A model generated the notes under the pieces. It saw nothing but the letters and a program-made list of their open reading frames with translations. It was not told where the DNA came from and made no database searches. 64,000 nt of DNA from Bergeyella sp. GTDB lineage: Bacteria; Bacteroidota; Bacteroidia; Flavobacteriales; Weeksellaceae. Location: positions 492,911-556,910 of the forward strand of contig SZYB01000001.1 in the NCBI GenBank assembly GCA_030263285.1, in the 5' to 3' direction. Shown here piece after piece: positions 28,280 through 38,587 of the stretch; position 1 is the stretch's first letter; each line of letters starts with the position of its first letter. A program made the translations under genes and the position numbers.

Positions 28280-28315
28280 ATCCCTGAAAAAAACACGAAA
28301 CCATAGACCGAAGAA

Positions 28316-29335
28316 ATGAAGTTTCTCATCATTATCCCCGTTTATAATGAAGAAGAATATGTCACCTATTGTCTTAAATCAATAGAAAACCAGACCTATC
28401 AGGATTACAAAATTATACTTGTAAATGACGGATCTACAGACCAAACAGAAAAAAAAATAAAAGATTTTGTACTTTTCTCTCCTAAAAAAAACGACATCGG
28501 CTACATACATCTAAAAAAATCTGAACATCAGCCAGGAGCAAAAATAGTAAAGGCTTTCTATAAAGGATTGGAATGGGCCCAAACCGAAGATTACGATATT
28601 ATTTGCAAATTCGACTCCGATATTATTTTTCCCGCAGAATATTTAGAGAGGCTAAAAAACACCTATGAGACACAATCGAATATGGGAATGGTTTCGGGTC
28701 TCGTTTTAGTAAAAAAATCAATAAAAAATAAGGCACAAACAAAATATAGAACAAACCAAGATAAAATTTTCGATTTCTCTCCCGCGGAATTACATCACTG
28801 GGAATTTGAGAATATTTCTTCTCAAGACCACATTAGAGGACCCATAAAATCTTACAGAAGAAAATGTCTTGAGAGTATAGGAGGACTAAGACCCATTCTG
28901 GGTTGGGACAATATAGATGTTCTTCTAGCAAAGAAAAACAACTGGGAAACCCGTACCCTAAAAGATCTTTATGTAAAGCACCTCCGCCCCACTGCATATC
29001 AATACAAAAAACAAAAAGCAGAAAAGCTGGGAGAATATTTTTATAATCTGGGACTCAGCTTCCCCCTTATGAGTGTTTCTGCTTTCAAAGCATGCATAAA
29101 AACCCGGTCTGTTTCGGATTTTTTTGTCATCCAAAAATCCTTTTTTAAACAAAATCATCCCCTGCTACTCACAAAAGACGAAATCGACTACATAAGGACG
29201 TCTCGCCGGAAGAATATTCTGAAAGCAATAAGAGAACAACTAAAGGTTACTTTTTACTTTTTCCACTTACAAAAACTACTTTTTCCTGAAAAGACTAATA
29301 CACCTGGGAGAAATTTGGGGATCAAACGATCCTAA
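28316..29335 (+). CDS. family 2 glycosyltransferase
   Basis: N-terminus IIIPVYNEEEYV..CLKSIENQTY..ILVNDGSTD, followed by a DxD-like FDSDI. The last roughly 20 codons overlap the convergent methyltransferase gene, so the true C-terminus is uncertain. Confidence 0.8.
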   Translation: MKFLIIIPVYNEEEYVTYCLKSIENQTYQDYKIILVNDGSTDQTEKKIKDFVLFSPKKNDIGYIHLKKSEHQPGAKIVKAFYKGLEWAQTEDYDIICKFDSDIIFPAEYLERLKNTYETQSNMGMVSGLVLVKKSIKNKAQTKYRTNQDKIFDFSPAELHHWEFENISSQDHIRGPIKSYRRKCLESIGGLRPILGWDNIDVLLAKKNNWETRTLKDLYVKHLRPTAYQYKKQKAEKLGEYFYNLGLSFPLMSVSAFKACIKTRSVSDFFVIQKSFFKQNHPLLLTKDEIDYIRTSRRKNILKAIREQLKVTFYFFHLQKLLFPEKTNTPGRNLGIKRS

Positions 29336-30001
29336 TCTATAATCTCCCCATATCTGCAATCTCTCGAAATTTGTACGCTGTGCATATTTCAGAATATCTT
29401 CCGAACTGTGAAGTCTTACCCTCTCTACAAAAGAAAAATTCTGTCCCCGATCCGAAAATTCTATTTTTTTTATGACGTGATCTTTCTCTATTTTTCTGGT
29501 AATGTCAAATATTATCTCCCCTCTTTTCACTACGCTGTGCGGCTTAAAATTATTTTCCACAAAACCTCTGTTAAGAAAATCTAAAACAAAAATTCCCTGA
29601 GGCTTAAGCCCATTATACACGGATGAAAAAACTTTAATATCCTCCTCTTCGGATCCGAAATATCCAAAACTGGTAAAAAGACTGAATACTGCCTCAATAT
29701 CCTTTTCAGGAAGTGCATCTCTTATGTCGTGTACCCGAAAACGAAGCGCTTGTTTCTCATATTTTTTATTGTGCAAGATGCTTTGCAAAGAAAGGTCGAG
29801 ACCCAACACCTCGTACCCCAGAGAATGTAAAAAAACAGAATGTCTCCCCCTCCCACAGGCTAAATCCACAATCTTTGCCTTGGGCGGAAGTTTGAGAACA
29901 TAAATAAGCTTCTTTATAAACTCTTCTGCCTCTCTACGGTCTCTGTTATTGTACAATAGGTGATAATAAGGGGTATCAAACCAAATCTCAAACCATTCCA
30001 T
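29276..30001 (-). CDS. class I SAM-dependent methyltransferase
   Basis: Motif I VDLACGRGRHS, with post-I and motif II-like segments (LGLDLS; VFSLFTSFGYF). Confidence 0.8.
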   Translation of the reverse strand: MEWFEIWFDTPYYHLLYNNRDRREAEEFIKKLIYVLKLPPKAKIVDLACGRGRHSVFLHSLGYEVLGLDLSLQSILHNKKYEKQALRFRVHDIRDALPEKDIEAVFSLFTSFGYFGSEEEDIKVFSSVYNGLKPQGIFVLDFLNRGFVENNFKPHSVVKRGEIIFDITRKIEKDHVIKKIEFSDRGQNFSFVERVRLHSSEDILKYAQRTNFERLQIWGDYRLGSFDPQISPRCISLFRKK

Positions 30002-30053
30002 AACGCAAAAATAACTATTTTTACAGAGGCAAGATCAAAAACAAATCCCCCCT

Positions 30054-31241
30054 ATGCAGAGAGAAAATTTTACCCTACACATAAAAACGTTTTTTGGTCT
30101 GGAAAAACTCTTGGCAGAGGAAATCAAAAAATTAGGAGGAAAAAATGTAACCCCAAAAAACAGAGCCCTCCATTGCGAGGGGGATATTGGTTTCCTTTAC
30201 AAAATCAACTATGCCTCCAGACTGGCGCTTAAGATTCTTGTCCCCATAAGAGAATTCAGAAGCTGTTCTACAGAAGACCTATACAAAAAAGTAAAAAAAA
30301 TCCCTTGGGATCAATACATTAATACGAAACAAACTTTTGCAATAGATCCCACCGTACATTCGGAAATTTTCACACATTCGAAATTCGCCCTCCTAAAAAC
30401 AAAAGATGCCATCGCAGATTTTTTTTACGAAAAATATAAAGAAAGACCCGGCGTGGACACAAACGACCCCCACATCAAAATTAATCTACACATAGACCAA
30501 GAGAACATTACCCTATCTCTGGATTCTTCCGGAGACCCTCTCTATAAAAGGGGATACAAAGAACATCACGGAAAGGCCCCCATCAACGAGGTTTTGGCAT
30601 CAGGAATGCTACAGATTGCGGGTTGGGAGGGAAAAGGAAATTTTCTGGATCCCATGTGCGGAAGTGGTACGCTACTCATAGAGGCAGCTATGATTGCACA
30701 AAACTTACCCGCGCAGTTGTGGCGGAAAAAATTTTCCTTCCAAAATTGGAAAAACTATGATGCAGATTTATTCAAAAAAATAAAAAGTACCAGAATAGAA
30801 AAAATAAGAGAGAATTCCGGAAAAATTCTGGGATACGATCTGAACAAAAAAATACTGAGTCTAACGAAAAAAAATATAGAACGCCTGGACTTAGAGGGAA
30901 TAATAGAGATAAAAAACCAAGATTTCTTCGAAAGTAAAAAAGAACATTTCCCTTTGCTCATCGTTTTTAATCCTCCTTATAATGAACGAATGGAGATAGA
31001 GGATGAAGATTTCTATAAAAAAATAGGAAATACGCTCAAACATCACTATCCCAACACTTTTTCCTGGCTTATCACATCGGATCTAGAAGCGACAAAAAAA
31101 ATAGGTCTCAGACCCTCCAGAAAAATAAAACTCTACAACGGAAAACTGGAAACCCAATACCTACAGTACGAAACCTACGAGGGAAGTAAAAAAAAACAAA
31201 AAAAGGAATTTTGTAAATACCCCTCTCTACAAAATCTCTGA
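30054..31241 (+). CDS. THUMP-domain class I SAM-dependent RNA methyltransferase (RlmL/YpsC-like, COG0116 type)
   Basis: N-terminal THUMP-like region, SAM motif DPMCGSGTLLIEAA, and catalytic NPPY (FNPPYNERM). Confidence 0.8.
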   Translation: MQRENFTLHIKTFFGLEKLLAEEIKKLGGKNVTPKNRALHCEGDIGFLYKINYASRLALKILVPIREFRSCSTEDLYKKVKKIPWDQYINTKQTFAIDPTVHSEIFTHSKFALLKTKDAIADFFYEKYKERPGVDTNDPHIKINLHIDQENITLSLDSSGDPLYKRGYKEHHGKAPINEVLASGMLQIAGWEGKGNFLDPMCGSGTLLIEAAMIAQNLPAQLWRKKFSFQNWKNYDADLFKKIKSTRIEKIRENSGKILGYDLNKKILSLTKKNIERLDLEGIIEIKNQDFFESKKEHFPLLIVFNPPYNERMEIEDEDFYKKIGNTLKHHYPNTFSWLITSDLEATKKIGLRPSRKIKLYNGKLETQYLQYETYEGSKKKQKKEFCKYPSLQNL

Positions 31242-31535
31242 GGTAAGACCTTTGGAAAGAAGTTTTTTATGCATCGGTTCTACAAGATGCGTACTACCTG
31301 TCTTTACGGTACATTTCCCTTTGTAATGAACCAAGAAAGTACACTGTTCCGCCTGCTCTTCGGTATGGTGACAAATATGTATAAGACACTGAATTACAAA
31401 CTCAAAAGTATTCACATCGTCATTATAAAGAACAAGCCTACGGTCATTGTCTTCATTCACAAACAAATCCGTCTCCCCCTCCAATTCCCGATGGGGAGAC
31501 TCCTGATTTTCGATAAAAAAATATAAGCTCTGCAT
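31227..31535 (-). CDS. clpS: ATP-dependent Clp protease adaptor ClpS
   Basis: 102 aa; LVLYNDDVNTFEFVIQCLIHICHHTEEQAEQCTFLVHYKGKCTVKTG is the ClpS core. Confidence 0.88.
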   Translation of the reverse strand: MQSLYFFIENQESPHRELEGETDLFVNEDNDRRLVLYNDDVNTFEFVIQCLIHICHHTEEQAEQCTFLVHYKGKCTVKTGSTHLVEPMHKKLLSKGLTSEIL

Positions 31536-31566
31536 TCTCTCTGTTACAAAATGTTTTTTGAATTTT

Positions 31567-32916
31567 TTACGTCTCTGTACTCATGGCATCATCATCCTTA
31601 GATAAGCGGTAGGTGAGCGCTACCCGTTCAACACTTTTGTTGTGCATTCTGAGAATTTTAAAATGATAATGCAAGATATCGAACTCTTGATTTTCTTCGG
31701 GTATATCTTCCAACTGATGAAGAATAAAGCCCGCAAGAGTATTATAACCTCCATCCTCCGATACAGGAAGGGCTTCGGGCAAATATTCATTGATCTCCTC
31801 AAGAGGCTGCGTAGCTTTTATCCTGAATGTATTCTCTGCAATCACATCTACTACCTTGTCTTCTTCGTCTTCTTCGTCTTGTATCTCTCCCACCAACTCC
31901 TCCAAAATATCCTCCAGAGAAATCACCCCTTCGGTACCTCCAAACTCATCAATGACAATGGCCAAATGTTGCTTCTTAAGTTGGAAAATCTTGAGAAGAT
32001 CAGAAATTTTTTTACTCCCCACCACAAAAAAAGGCTCTCTCATCAACTGCCTTAAATCTTTATGTAAGATTTTTCCTTTCTTCTTTATATACTGCCGTAT
32101 CACTTCCTTCACATAAAGGATGCCGATTACGTTATCTATAGATCCCTCATATACAGGAATTCTGGAATAGCCGCTCTCCATAATCGTCTCTACAATATGT
32201 TCTATAGAATCTTCTATATCTATAGACATGATGTTCTGCCGGGTCACCATTATTTTCTTTGCAGAATGGTCGGTAAAATCAAAAGCATTTTTTATGATTT
32301 CATAATTTTCTCCCTCTATAGCCCCAGAATCTGCACTTTGTTTTACAAGAAGCTGAAGTTCTTCCGTAGAATGTATATCCTGCTCGCTGGCAGGGAGTAT
32401 ATTAATAGTTCTGAGGAAGGCATTCGACATGGAGTTCATCAGCCAAATAAAAGGCTGAAAAATAGCGGTAAAAATTCTTAAAGGGTAGGCAATAAACATG
32501 GCGGTAGATTCTGCCTTCCTTATCGCAATGGATTTAGGAACCAGTTCCCCGAAAACAATATGCATAACGGTGATGAAAAAAAAACTGGTGATAACGGAAA
32601 TCATGCCCAAAACAGAACCCTTTACTTCAAAATCAAAATAATATAAAAAGCCGGACAAAATTTTATGCATCACCCCCTCTCCTACCCAACCCAAGGCCAA
32701 AGAAGCTAAAGTAATCCCAAGTTGTGTGGCAGAAAGATAAGCGTCCAATTTTTTTATAATCATCTCGGCTTGTCTCGCCATAGGATTTCCCTCGGCTGCC
32801 TTGAGCTGAATTTGAGAATACCTCACCTTTACGATAGAAAATTCTGCTGCTACGAAAAAACCATTAAGAAAAACCAGAAACAATACAAGAAAAAAACTGA
32901 CTATGTCTGAGTCCAT
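31567..32916 (-). CDS. hemolysin-family / CNNM transporter-like protein (DUF21 - CBS pair - CorC_HlyC)
   Basis: An N-terminal 4-TM DUF21 region (FFVAAEFSIVKVR), a CBS pair (VTRQNIMSIDIE.., IPVYEGSIDNVIGILYVKEV) and a C-terminal CorC/HlyC transporter-associated domain. Confidence 0.85.
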   Translation of the reverse strand: MDSDIVSFFLVLFLVFLNGFFVAAEFSIVKVRYSQIQLKAAEGNPMARQAEMIIKKLDAYLSATQLGITLASLALGWVGEGVMHKILSGFLYYFDFEVKGSVLGMISVITSFFFITVMHIVFGELVPKSIAIRKAESTAMFIAYPLRIFTAIFQPFIWLMNSMSNAFLRTINILPASEQDIHSTEELQLLVKQSADSGAIEGENYEIIKNAFDFTDHSAKKIMVTRQNIMSIDIEDSIEHIVETIMESGYSRIPVYEGSIDNVIGILYVKEVIRQYIKKKGKILHKDLRQLMREPFFVVGSKKISDLLKIFQLKKQHLAIVIDEFGGTEGVISLEDILEELVGEIQDEEDEEDKVVDVIAENTFRIKATQPLEEINEYLPEALPVSEDGGYNTLAGFILHQLEDIPEENQEFDILHYHFKILRMHNKSVERVALTYRLSKDDDAMSTET

Positions 32917-33026
32917 AGAACGATAAACCTATTAAGGGAGTAAAGATAGATAAAAAAGATAACAAAATTTTGCTCCTCCATCCCCCTTCTTACCAACATT
33001 CTATTTCTGTGTAAATAAAAAAAATC

Positions 33027-33896
33027 CTAAGAACCCTTTAGCGCTTCGGCACCCGACACAATCTCTAAAATTTCGTTGGTAATGGCAGTCTGACGTGCCT
33101 TGTTATAAAATATGACCAAATCATTTTTCAGGTTTTGCGCATTATCTGTCGCTTTGTGCATGGCGGTCATTCGAGCACCGTGTTCTGCAGCTACAGAATC
33201 TAATATCGCCTTATAGAGCTGAGATTTTATAGATTTGGGAATCAGACTCTGCAATATTTCTTGACGTCCCGGCTCAAAAATATAATCTTTCTCTGCTTCC
33301 TTTTTTCTACGATGCTCCGAAAGAGAAATGGGCAATAATTTTTCTGTGATCACCTCCTGAGTAGCAGCATTGACAAACTTGTTGTACACAAGGTACACCT
33401 CATCAAATTTCTCTTTAGAAAAATCTTCCATCACCTGATAAGCAACTTGAGATACAGGACCAAAAGAAAGATTTTCAAATAAAGCACTTTTATTATCGCA
33501 AACTTTATGTATTTTTCTCACGGAATCATACACTTTTTTGCCTATGGCAAGTACAAAACTCTCTACATTTTTCTTTGAATATATGTGTTTTTGTAATTCT
33601 TTACTCACAGACGCATTGAAGGCTCCTGCAAGTCCCCGATTAGAACCTACCCCCACGTACAGAATTTTCCTCGCTTTCCTTTGCTTTAAAAATGGAGAAA
33701 AGTACTCGGTAGAATTAGCTTCAGACTGAAAGTTCTGAATAATTTCCTGCAATCTCTCAGAATAAGATCTGAACATCACAATAGCGTTTTGTGCTTTTTT
33801 CAGTTTTGCTGCAGAGACCATCTTCATAGCACTGGTAATCTGCATAGTAGAGGATATAGAGGAAATTCTCTCCCGGATTTCTTTTAGATTAGCCAT
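33027..33896 (-). CDS. atpG: F0F1 ATP synthase subunit gamma
   Basis: MANLKEIRERISSISSTMQITSAMKMVSAAKL N-terminus and ITNEILEIVSGAEAL C-terminus. Confidence 0.94.
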   Translation of the reverse strand: MANLKEIRERISSISSTMQITSAMKMVSAAKLKKAQNAIVMFRSYSERLQEIIQNFQSEANSTEYFSPFLKQRKARKILYVGVGSNRGLAGAFNASVSKELQKHIYSKKNVESFVLAIGKKVYDSVRKIHKVCDNKSALFENLSFGPVSQVAYQVMEDFSKEKFDEVYLVYNKFVNAATQEVITEKLLPISLSEHRRKKEAEKDYIFEPGRQEILQSLIPKSIKSQLYKAILDSVAAEHGARMTAMHKATDNAQNLKNDLVIFYNKARQTAITNEILEIVSGAEALKGS

Positions 33897-33965
33897 TTAA
33901 CGTCTTATACCTGAGAATTAATAATATACACTAGACCGTCTCAATAGTAAAAATTAAAGAATACT

Positions 33966-35543
33966 CTAATTATATTTGGAAGATATATCCGTAGCCACAG
34001 TTTTCAGCACCTCTATTACTTCTTTATCTATCGTACCCGATTTTATTGTTTTCATGGTATCCGGATATTTTGCCTTTAGGAAGTCTACATAATCGGTCAT
34101 AAATTCCTTTACCTTTGTTACAGGAATGTTTCTCAAAAGATTCTCTGTTCCGGCATATACCATGACTACCTGATTTTCTACGGGAAGCGGGGAGTTTACA
34201 GGTTGTTTGAGTATCTCCACATTTTTCTCTCCCTTAGAAATCACAGACAACGTAGCCGCATCCAGATCCGAACCAAACTTGGCAAATGCCTCTAGTTCTT
34301 TATACTGTGCCTGATCCAGCTTTAAAGTACCCGAAACCTTTTTCATAGATTTTATCTGGGCATTCCCCCCTACTCTCGACACAGAAATTCCCACATTGAT
34401 GGCCGGACGTACTCCGGAATTGAAAAGATCCGACTCCAAGAAAATCTGTCCGTCCGTAATGGAAATAACATTGGTAGGAATATAGGCAGAAACGTCGCCT
34501 GCCTGAGTTTCTATAATAGGCAGAGCGGTAAGAGATCCTCCTCCTTTTACCAGAGGTTTTAGGGAGTCCGGCAGGTCATTCATTTTTGCAGCGATATCAT
34601 CCGAATCAATGATCTTAGCTGCTCTCTCCAAAAGCCTGGAATGGAGATAGAAAACATCGCCCGGATAGGCTTCTCTCCCTGGAGGCCTCCTTAAAAGCAA
34701 CGAAAGCTCTCTGTACGCCACCGCCTGTTTGGATAGATCATCGTACACAATAAGGGCGGGTCTTCCTGTATCTCTGAAAAACTCCCCAATAGCTGCACCC
34801 GCCATAGGAGCATATACCTGCATAGGAGCGGGATCCGACGCATTAGCCGCCACAACAACGGTATAAGACATAGCACCCTTGTCTGTAAGCGTCTGCACAA
34901 TTTGTGCAATCGTAGACCCTTTTTGCCCCACCGCTACGTAAATACAATATACCGGCTTACCCGCATCATAAAATTCTTTTTGGTTAAGAATAGTATCAAT
35001 GGCCACAGTAGTCTTACCTGTTTGTCTGTCCCCTATAATCAACTCCCTCTGTCCTCTTCCGATAGGAATCATAGAATCTATCGCAACGATCCCGGTCTGT
35101 AAAGGCTCAGTTACCGGCTGCCTGTAGATAACCCCCGGAGCTTTTCTTTCCAGTGGCATCTCATAAAGATCACCACCAATATCCCCTTTTCCGTCTATAG
35201 GATTGCCCAAAGTATCCACTACTCTGCCTAACAACCTTTCTCCCACTCGTATAGACGAAATTCTATGGGTTCTCTTTACGGTATCCCCTTCCCTCACTTT
35301 TTTGGACTCCCCCAAAAGTGCTACCCCTACATTGTCCTCCTCCAGATTGAGCACCACTCCCTCTACATCACCAGAAAACTTAACCAGCTCTCCGTACTGG
35401 ACATTCTCTAGTCCGTAGACTCTGGCAATACCATCACCTATAGTGAGTACTGTACCTACCTCATCTATATGAGCTTGTCCATCAGAATTTGCCAGCTGCT
35501 GTTTTAGAATCGCTGATACTTCAGCGGGATTTATCTCTGCCAT
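33966..35543 (-). CDS. atpA: F0F1 ATP synthase subunit alpha
   Basis: Walker A GDRQTGKT plus full-length alpha-subunit similarity. The ORF-track TTG start at 35552 was replaced by the ATG at 35541-35543 (MAEINPAEV). Confidence 0.95.
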   Translation of the reverse strand: MAEINPAEVSAILKQQLANSDGQAHIDEVGTVLTIGDGIARVYGLENVQYGELVKFSGDVEGVVLNLEEDNVGVALLGESKKVREGDTVKRTHRISSIRVGERLLGRVVDTLGNPIDGKGDIGGDLYEMPLERKAPGVIYRQPVTEPLQTGIVAIDSMIPIGRGQRELIIGDRQTGKTTVAIDTILNQKEFYDAGKPVYCIYVAVGQKGSTIAQIVQTLTDKGAMSYTVVVAANASDPAPMQVYAPMAGAAIGEFFRDTGRPALIVYDDLSKQAVAYRELSLLLRRPPGREAYPGDVFYLHSRLLERAAKIIDSDDIAAKMNDLPDSLKPLVKGGGSLTALPIIETQAGDVSAYIPTNVISITDGQIFLESDLFNSGVRPAINVGISVSRVGGNAQIKSMKKVSGTLKLDQAQYKELEAFAKFGSDLDAATLSVISKGEKNVEILKQPVNSPLPVENQVVMVYAGTENLLRNIPVTKVKEFMTDYVDFLKAKYPDTMKTIKSGTIDKEVIEVLKTVATDISSKYN

Positions 35544-35555
35544 GGTGTGCAATAT

Positions 35556-36104
35556 TTATCTTGAATGTAAATGAAAGTCTTTTTTTATTTTGTCAAGTTG
35601 GGATCTCACAGAAGTGTCAATCTGCTGATCCCCTACGCGTAGGATATACCCACCCAAAATGTCTGGGTTGATAACAGTCTCTAACCGAAAAGAAGCTTCT
35701 TTATTCAAAAGTTGAGAAGATCGTATGATATCTTCCGATACTTTACGATCCAGAGCTACAGCAGAAGTGAGTACTACAGTTTGTATACCCTTCCTCTTGT
35801 TTACATTGTGTACATACGCTTTTGCCATGTTCCCAAGAGCGCTACCTCTCCCATTTGAAATAATCAATCTAACGAAATCAAGACTGGTCTTAGAAAAACC
35901 AGAGAATATGGCTTCTGCCACAGAAATTTTCTTTTTTTTATCAATAAGGGGAGACTCTATGAAACATCTGAATTCTTTGGAATCATAAAATAGCCGTACG
36001 ATACTCTCCATTTCTTTAAAGACAATATCCACGTTATTCAACTCCTTGGCAAGATTAAACAGCCCCCCAGCATATCTCTGAGCAATTTTATTATCAGACA
36101 TCAT
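35556..36104 (-). CDS. atpH: F0F1 ATP synthase subunit delta
   Basis: Lies between atpF and atpA. OSCP-like sequence (IAQRYAGGLFNLAKE ... GGYILRVGDQQIDTSVRSQL). First ATG used; the alternative ATG is 3 nt downstream. Confidence 0.85.
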   Translation of the reverse strand: MMSDNKIAQRYAGGLFNLAKELNNVDIVFKEMESIVRLFYDSKEFRCFIESPLIDKKKKISVAEAIFSGFSKTSLDFVRLIISNGRGSALGNMAKAYVHNVNKRKGIQTVVLTSAVALDRKVSEDIIRSSQLLNKEASFRLETVINPDILGGYILRVGDQQIDTSVRSQLDKIKKDFHLHSR

Positions 36105-36127
36105 AATATACAATATATCTCAAATAT

Positions 36128-36616
36128 TTAGTTAAGATGAGAACCCAGATAGTTTTCTATGAGAGTCTCATGAGACTTTTTATCTTCCAAATTCTTTTTC
36201 AAGATCTGCTCAGCTATCTCCAGAGAAAGAGTTCCGATTTGATTTTTTATCTCAGCCAATGCTCTATTTCTTTCACTGTTTATGGCCTCTTTCGCCTGAT
36301 TAATTATTTTTTCTCCCTCTATTTTAGCACCATTCTTCGCTTCCTCTATCATCCTTTCTTTCAGCTCCTTTGCTTCCCTAAGTATAGCGTCTCTTTCTAT
36401 TTTCGCCTCACGGATAATTCTTTCGTTGTCCAATCTGATCTCCTCCATTTCCTTTTTGGCAATTTTGGCTTGATTTAGCGAATCTACTATAGATACCTCT
36501 CTCGCCTGCACTGCATTGATAATAGGCTTCCATGCATATTTTGTCAGAATAAACAACAAAATTATAAACGTGAATGTTTTCCAAAATAGAAGTCCTATAC
36601 CTGGCTCTATAATCAT
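36128..36616 (-). CDS. atpF: F0F1 ATP synthase subunit b
   Basis: A single N-terminal TM helix followed by a long charged helix (KKEMEEIRLDNERIIREAKIERDAILREAKE), in operon position. Confidence 0.88.
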   Translation of the reverse strand: MIIEPGIGLLFWKTFTFIILLFILTKYAWKPIINAVQAREVSIVDSLNQAKIAKKEMEEIRLDNERIIREAKIERDAILREAKELKERMIEEAKNGAKIEGEKIINQAKEAINSERNRALAEIKNQIGTLSLEIAEQILKKNLEDKKSHETLIENYLGSHLN

Positions 36617-36719
36617 GGTGAAATATTTACAGGTTAAATAAAATAAATCTCTACATTTTTCTCATAAACCACAGCAGTAGCAAACCGCAGTACTGCTGTG
36701 AAAAATGATAAACAAAACG

Positions 36720-36938
36720 TTACTTGATAAACGCACCAAATATAATTGCGATAAGACCCACTCCCTCAATGAGACCTGCAGCAATAAGCATGGCCCCCTG
36801 AATCTTTCCTGCTTGCTCAGGTTGTCTGGCAATAGCATCCATTGCATGACCTCCAATTTTCCCAATACCAAGACCTACGCCTAGGACCGCAAGACCAATT
36901 CCTACGTATATAAGTCCTGCTCCAGTTGATAAATCCAT
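36720..36938 (-). CDS. atpE: F0F1 ATP synthase subunit c
   Basis: 72 aa hairpin protein with the ARQPE loop and a conserved carboxylate helix (LIAAGLIEGVGLIAII). Confidence 0.92.
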   Translation of the reverse strand: MDLSTGAGLIYVGIGLAVLGVGLGIGKIGGHAMDAIARQPEQAGKIQGAMLIAAGLIEGVGLIAIIFGAFIK

Positions 36939-37010
36939 AATGTAAAATTTAGTTTAAATTATATATGTTTTTCATTATCTAATAAACGAATTCCCTTCCC
37001 TTTAAAGTTT

Positions 37011-38123
37011 TTAATGCTCTTCATGGGCATGGTCCGCAACGGCAAGACCAATAAATAATGCCGAAAGAATGGTAAATATATATGCCTGTAGTATTGCCAC
37101 CAAAAGCTCCAGCACGGAAACGAAAATTCCCAGAGGCACAGAAACGAAGCCCAAATAAGGAGATTTGAAGATAAATATGAGTGCCACGACGGCCAAAGCC
37201 ATAATGTGTCCTGCCGTAATATTTGCAAAGAGACGCATCATGAGAGCAAAAGGTTTGGTGAAAATACCAATAATCTCTATCGGTACCATGATGATGTACA
37301 GCGGCAAAGGCACAGGCGGCATGAAAATATGCTTCCAGTAGGATCTGTTTGCGCTGAATAGCGTAATGACGAGTGTGATAACGGCAAGTACGCAGGTGAC
37401 AGCGATATTTCCCGTAAGATTCGCCCCTCCGGGAAAAAACGGAATAAGACCAAGAAGATTATTAAACCATATAAAGAAAAAAATGGTAAGAAGATACGGT
37501 AAATAGGTCTTGTATTTTACTATCCCTACGTTGGGAATAGCCACCTCATCTCTTATAAAAATAATAACAGGCTCCATAAATTTTCCGAACCCGGAAGGAA
37601 CGGGAGATTTACCATATCCCCTGGCCATCCCTACAAAAATCACCACCATAAAGACAACAGAAAATAAGAGAGAAGCAACGAGTTTGGTAATTGAGAAATC
37701 ATAAAAGACCTCATTGAATTTTTGTTTCCCGCTTATAAGAGAAAAGAGCGTCGCCTTCTTGATTCCCGTGGTAGAAACTATTCTTCCGTCTTCCAAGGTA
37801 TAGCCAGAACGTTCCCGACCATGGGCAACAGTGCTGGAAAGAAACATATGCCATCCATTGTGATCCTTTATAATTACAGGCAAAGGGACAGACACATGAT
37901 GCTGCCTTCCGTTTTTGTCCGTTTTTGTCCACAGATGCCAATCGTTGGAATCCCCTACATGCTCCATGATCATATCTACCGCATTAAAACCCTTTCCTTC
38001 ATCTTTCTTTACTTCGCCAGAGACAACTTCACCCTCGGAAACATCATGCTGCTGAGGATAAAACAGCACACTGAAATGTAACACAAAAAAAGAAAAAAAC
38101 ATCCACAGGATAGGCTTGCCCAT
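37011..38123 (-). CDS. atpB: F0F1 ATP synthase subunit a
   Basis: Conserved MRLFANITAGH motif (essential Arg) in a polytopic protein. The ORF-track GTG start at 38198 was replaced by the ATG at 38121-38123 (MGKPILWMFF). The long N-terminal periplasmic extension is typical of Bacteroidota. Confidence 0.9.
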   Translation of the reverse strand: MGKPILWMFFSFFVLHFSVLFYPQQHDVSEGEVVSGEVKKDEGKGFNAVDMIMEHVGDSNDWHLWTKTDKNGRQHHVSVPLPVIIKDHNGWHMFLSSTVAHGRERSGYTLEDGRIVSTTGIKKATLFSLISGKQKFNEVFYDFSITKLVASLLFSVVFMVVIFVGMARGYGKSPVPSGFGKFMEPVIIFIRDEVAIPNVGIVKYKTYLPYLLTIFFFIWFNNLLGLIPFFPGGANLTGNIAVTCVLAVITLVITLFSANRSYWKHIFMPPVPLPLYIIMVPIEIIGIFTKPFALMMRLFANITAGHIMALAVVALIFIFKSPYLGFVSVPLGIFVSVLELLVAILQAYIFTILSALFIGLAVADHAHEEH

Positions 38124-38204
38124 AACAACAAAATTACAGTGTGCAAATGTATTAATTTTATCGTTATTTATCAATACATAAAAATTGATTTTTATCACGT
38201 TTTT

Positions 38205-38540
38205 TTAGGACTTGTTTAAAATCCGGACGACCTTGGAATACAAAAAAACAAACTCCAGAAAATAAAAAAAAGAAATCGCAAAATAGTGTACTTTATTCTT
38301 CTCCATAAATGCAAACAATACGATAACCAGAAAAAAATCTTTCAGAAGATTGAGATAAAAAAATTTGATTCCGGAAAAACTTTTAAAGCGCAACATTTTC
38401 TTGAACACGAGAAACAGAACCCTGTGAAGAAAGATAATGAGAAGTACAAAAATAAAAAGCCTAACCATAAAACAAACCGAATGTCGAACAAAATTACTCC
38501 AAAAAAAATCCCGAGAAAACAGATTTTTTAAATAATACAA
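38205..38540 (-). CDS. hypothetical small polytopic membrane protein in the AtpI/AtpZ position upstream of atpB
   Basis: Very hydrophobic, with 3-4 predicted helices, and it ends 6 nt before the ORF-track start of atpB. The start is TTG only; the next Met is at residue 25. I recognise no motif, so whether it is coding is uncertain. Confidence 0.3.
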   Translation of the reverse strand: MYYLKNLFSRDFFWSNFVRHSVCFMVRLFIFVLLIIFLHRVLFLVFKKMLRFKSFSGIKFFYLNLLKDFFLVIVLFAFMEKNKVHYFAISFFYFLEFVFLYSKVVRILNKS

Positions 38541-38587
38541 TTTAACTATTTTCGCAGGGAGAAATATTAATCATATAATCAAAAAAT

